The translations under genes were made by a program, and so were the position numbers. From positions 192,001 to 256,000 of the forward strand of contig CAVSQW010000014.1 of the NCBI GenBank assembly GCA_963730185.1: a stretch of 64,000 nucleotides of DNA, read 5' to 3'. Below are positions 63,258 through 64,000 of the stretch, piece after piece. Source of the stretch: an uncultured Gemmatimonadales bacterium (GTDB lineage Bacteria > Gemmatimonadota > Gemmatimonadetes > Gemmatimonadales > GWC2-71-9). The number at the start of each line of letters is the position of its first letter. Position 1 is the first letter of the stretch. The notes under the pieces were generated by a model. The model had not been told where the DNA came from. It made no database searches and was given only the letters and a program-made list of their open reading frames with translations.

Positions 63258-63311
63258 TACGGGGTAGCCTTGCCGCGTGGCGTGCGAGTTGGCGGAACCT
63301 GACGGGTCCGC

Positions 63312-64000
63312 CTACCGGAGCGCCTCCTCCAGCGCCGTGGCCCGGTCGGTCTTCGCGTCCCGGTACTTCACGATCACCGGGGTGTACACCGAAATCCCCT
63401 CCCGGGCCCCGGCCCCCTGTTTGACCGGACGCGATCCCGGCACCACCACCGCGCCGGCCGGAATCTCGAGCGGCGCGGTGCCCTCCCGCCGGTAGACCGC
63501 GTCTCGGACCAGGTCGTACACCGGCGTCGCCCCGGTCAGGATCGTGCCCGGCGCCAGCACCGCCCGCTCCCGGACGATCGTCCCTTCGTACACCCCGCAG
63601 TTACCACCCACCAGGACGTCGTCTTCGATGATCACCGGCAAGGCGCCCACCGGTTCCAGCACCCCGCCGACCTGTGCTGCCGCGGAGAGGTGAACCCGCT
63701 TCCCGATCTGGGCGCACGAGCCGACCAGCGCGTGGCTGTCGATCATCGTGCCCTCGCCCACCCAGGCGCCGGTGTTGACGTACATCGGCGGCATGCAGAC
63801 CACGCCGCTCGCCAGATAGGCGCCGGCCCGGACCGACGAGCCGCCCGGCACCACCCGCACGCCGGCCCCCGGATGGAGCCGCTGGATCGGATAGGTGTCC
63901 TTGTCGACGAACCCGAACGGGGGGCTCGACTCCACCGCCTCGGTCCGGCCCAGGCGGAATCCGAGGAGGATGCCGAGCTTGACCCAACCGTTGACCGTCC
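63312..64000 (-). CDS. dapD: Tetrahydrodipicolinate N-succinyltransferase (5' end outside window)
   Basis: [50 protein letters not shown]. Confidence 0.95.
   Translation of the reverse strand, partial: TVNGWVKLGILLGFRLGRTEAVESSPPFGFVDKDTYPIQRLHPGAGVRVVPGGSSVRAGAYLASGVVCMPPMYVNTGAWVGEGTMIDSHALVGSCAQIGKRVHLSAAAQVGGVLEPVGALPVIIEDDVLVGGNCGVYEGTIVRERAVLAPGTILTGATPVYDLVRDAVYRREGTAPLEIPAGAVVVPGSRPVKQGAGAREGISVYTPVIVKYRDAKTDRATALEEALR

Noticed and set aside
1..64000. tRNA, rRNA, IS elements, integrases, prophage, riboswitches, known defence systems
   Set aside because: No recognisable signatures by eye. Covariance-model and HMM searches were not run, so small RNAs cannot be excluded.

Overview
Very GC-rich bacterial chromosomal segment. 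The gene content suggests Gemmatimonadota (PadR/ADOP pairs, DUF5916 proteins, many S9 and serine hydrolases, TAT-signal enzymes); this is an inference. About 57 CDS can be supported. They include core metabolism (CaiD-like hydratase, isocitrate/isopropylmalate dehydrogenase, glutaryl-CoA DH-like/etfB/etfA/nadC/ETF-QO, partial dapD), many exported hydrolases, three ADOP-type orphan ABC permeases (two with PadR), a LytS/LytTR module with perfect 21-bp-spaced direct repeats, a MacAB-like ABC pair and a GGDEF protein. I recognised no rRNA, tRNA, CRISPR array, transposase, integrase or prophage. Signals not explained by the ORF track: (1) a family of 7-, 8- and 10-nt-period G-rich tandem repeats sitting at gene 3' ends, some forming G-rich/C-rich inverted pairs; (2) a probably leaderless 15-aa Pro-rich uORF coupled to a NapG-like ferredoxin operon; (3) catalytic or ligand substitutions (SDR Tyr->Phe, ETF-QO lacking the 4th Fe-S Cys, degenerate DUF885); (4) three frameshifted genes, two by single-base homopolymer insertions that may be assembly errors; (5) an unlisted 55-aa membrane protein and a decayed MmcQ/YjbR remnant. 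No clearly new multi-gene system can be established from the sequence alone. All product calls come from motif recognition, not database searches.
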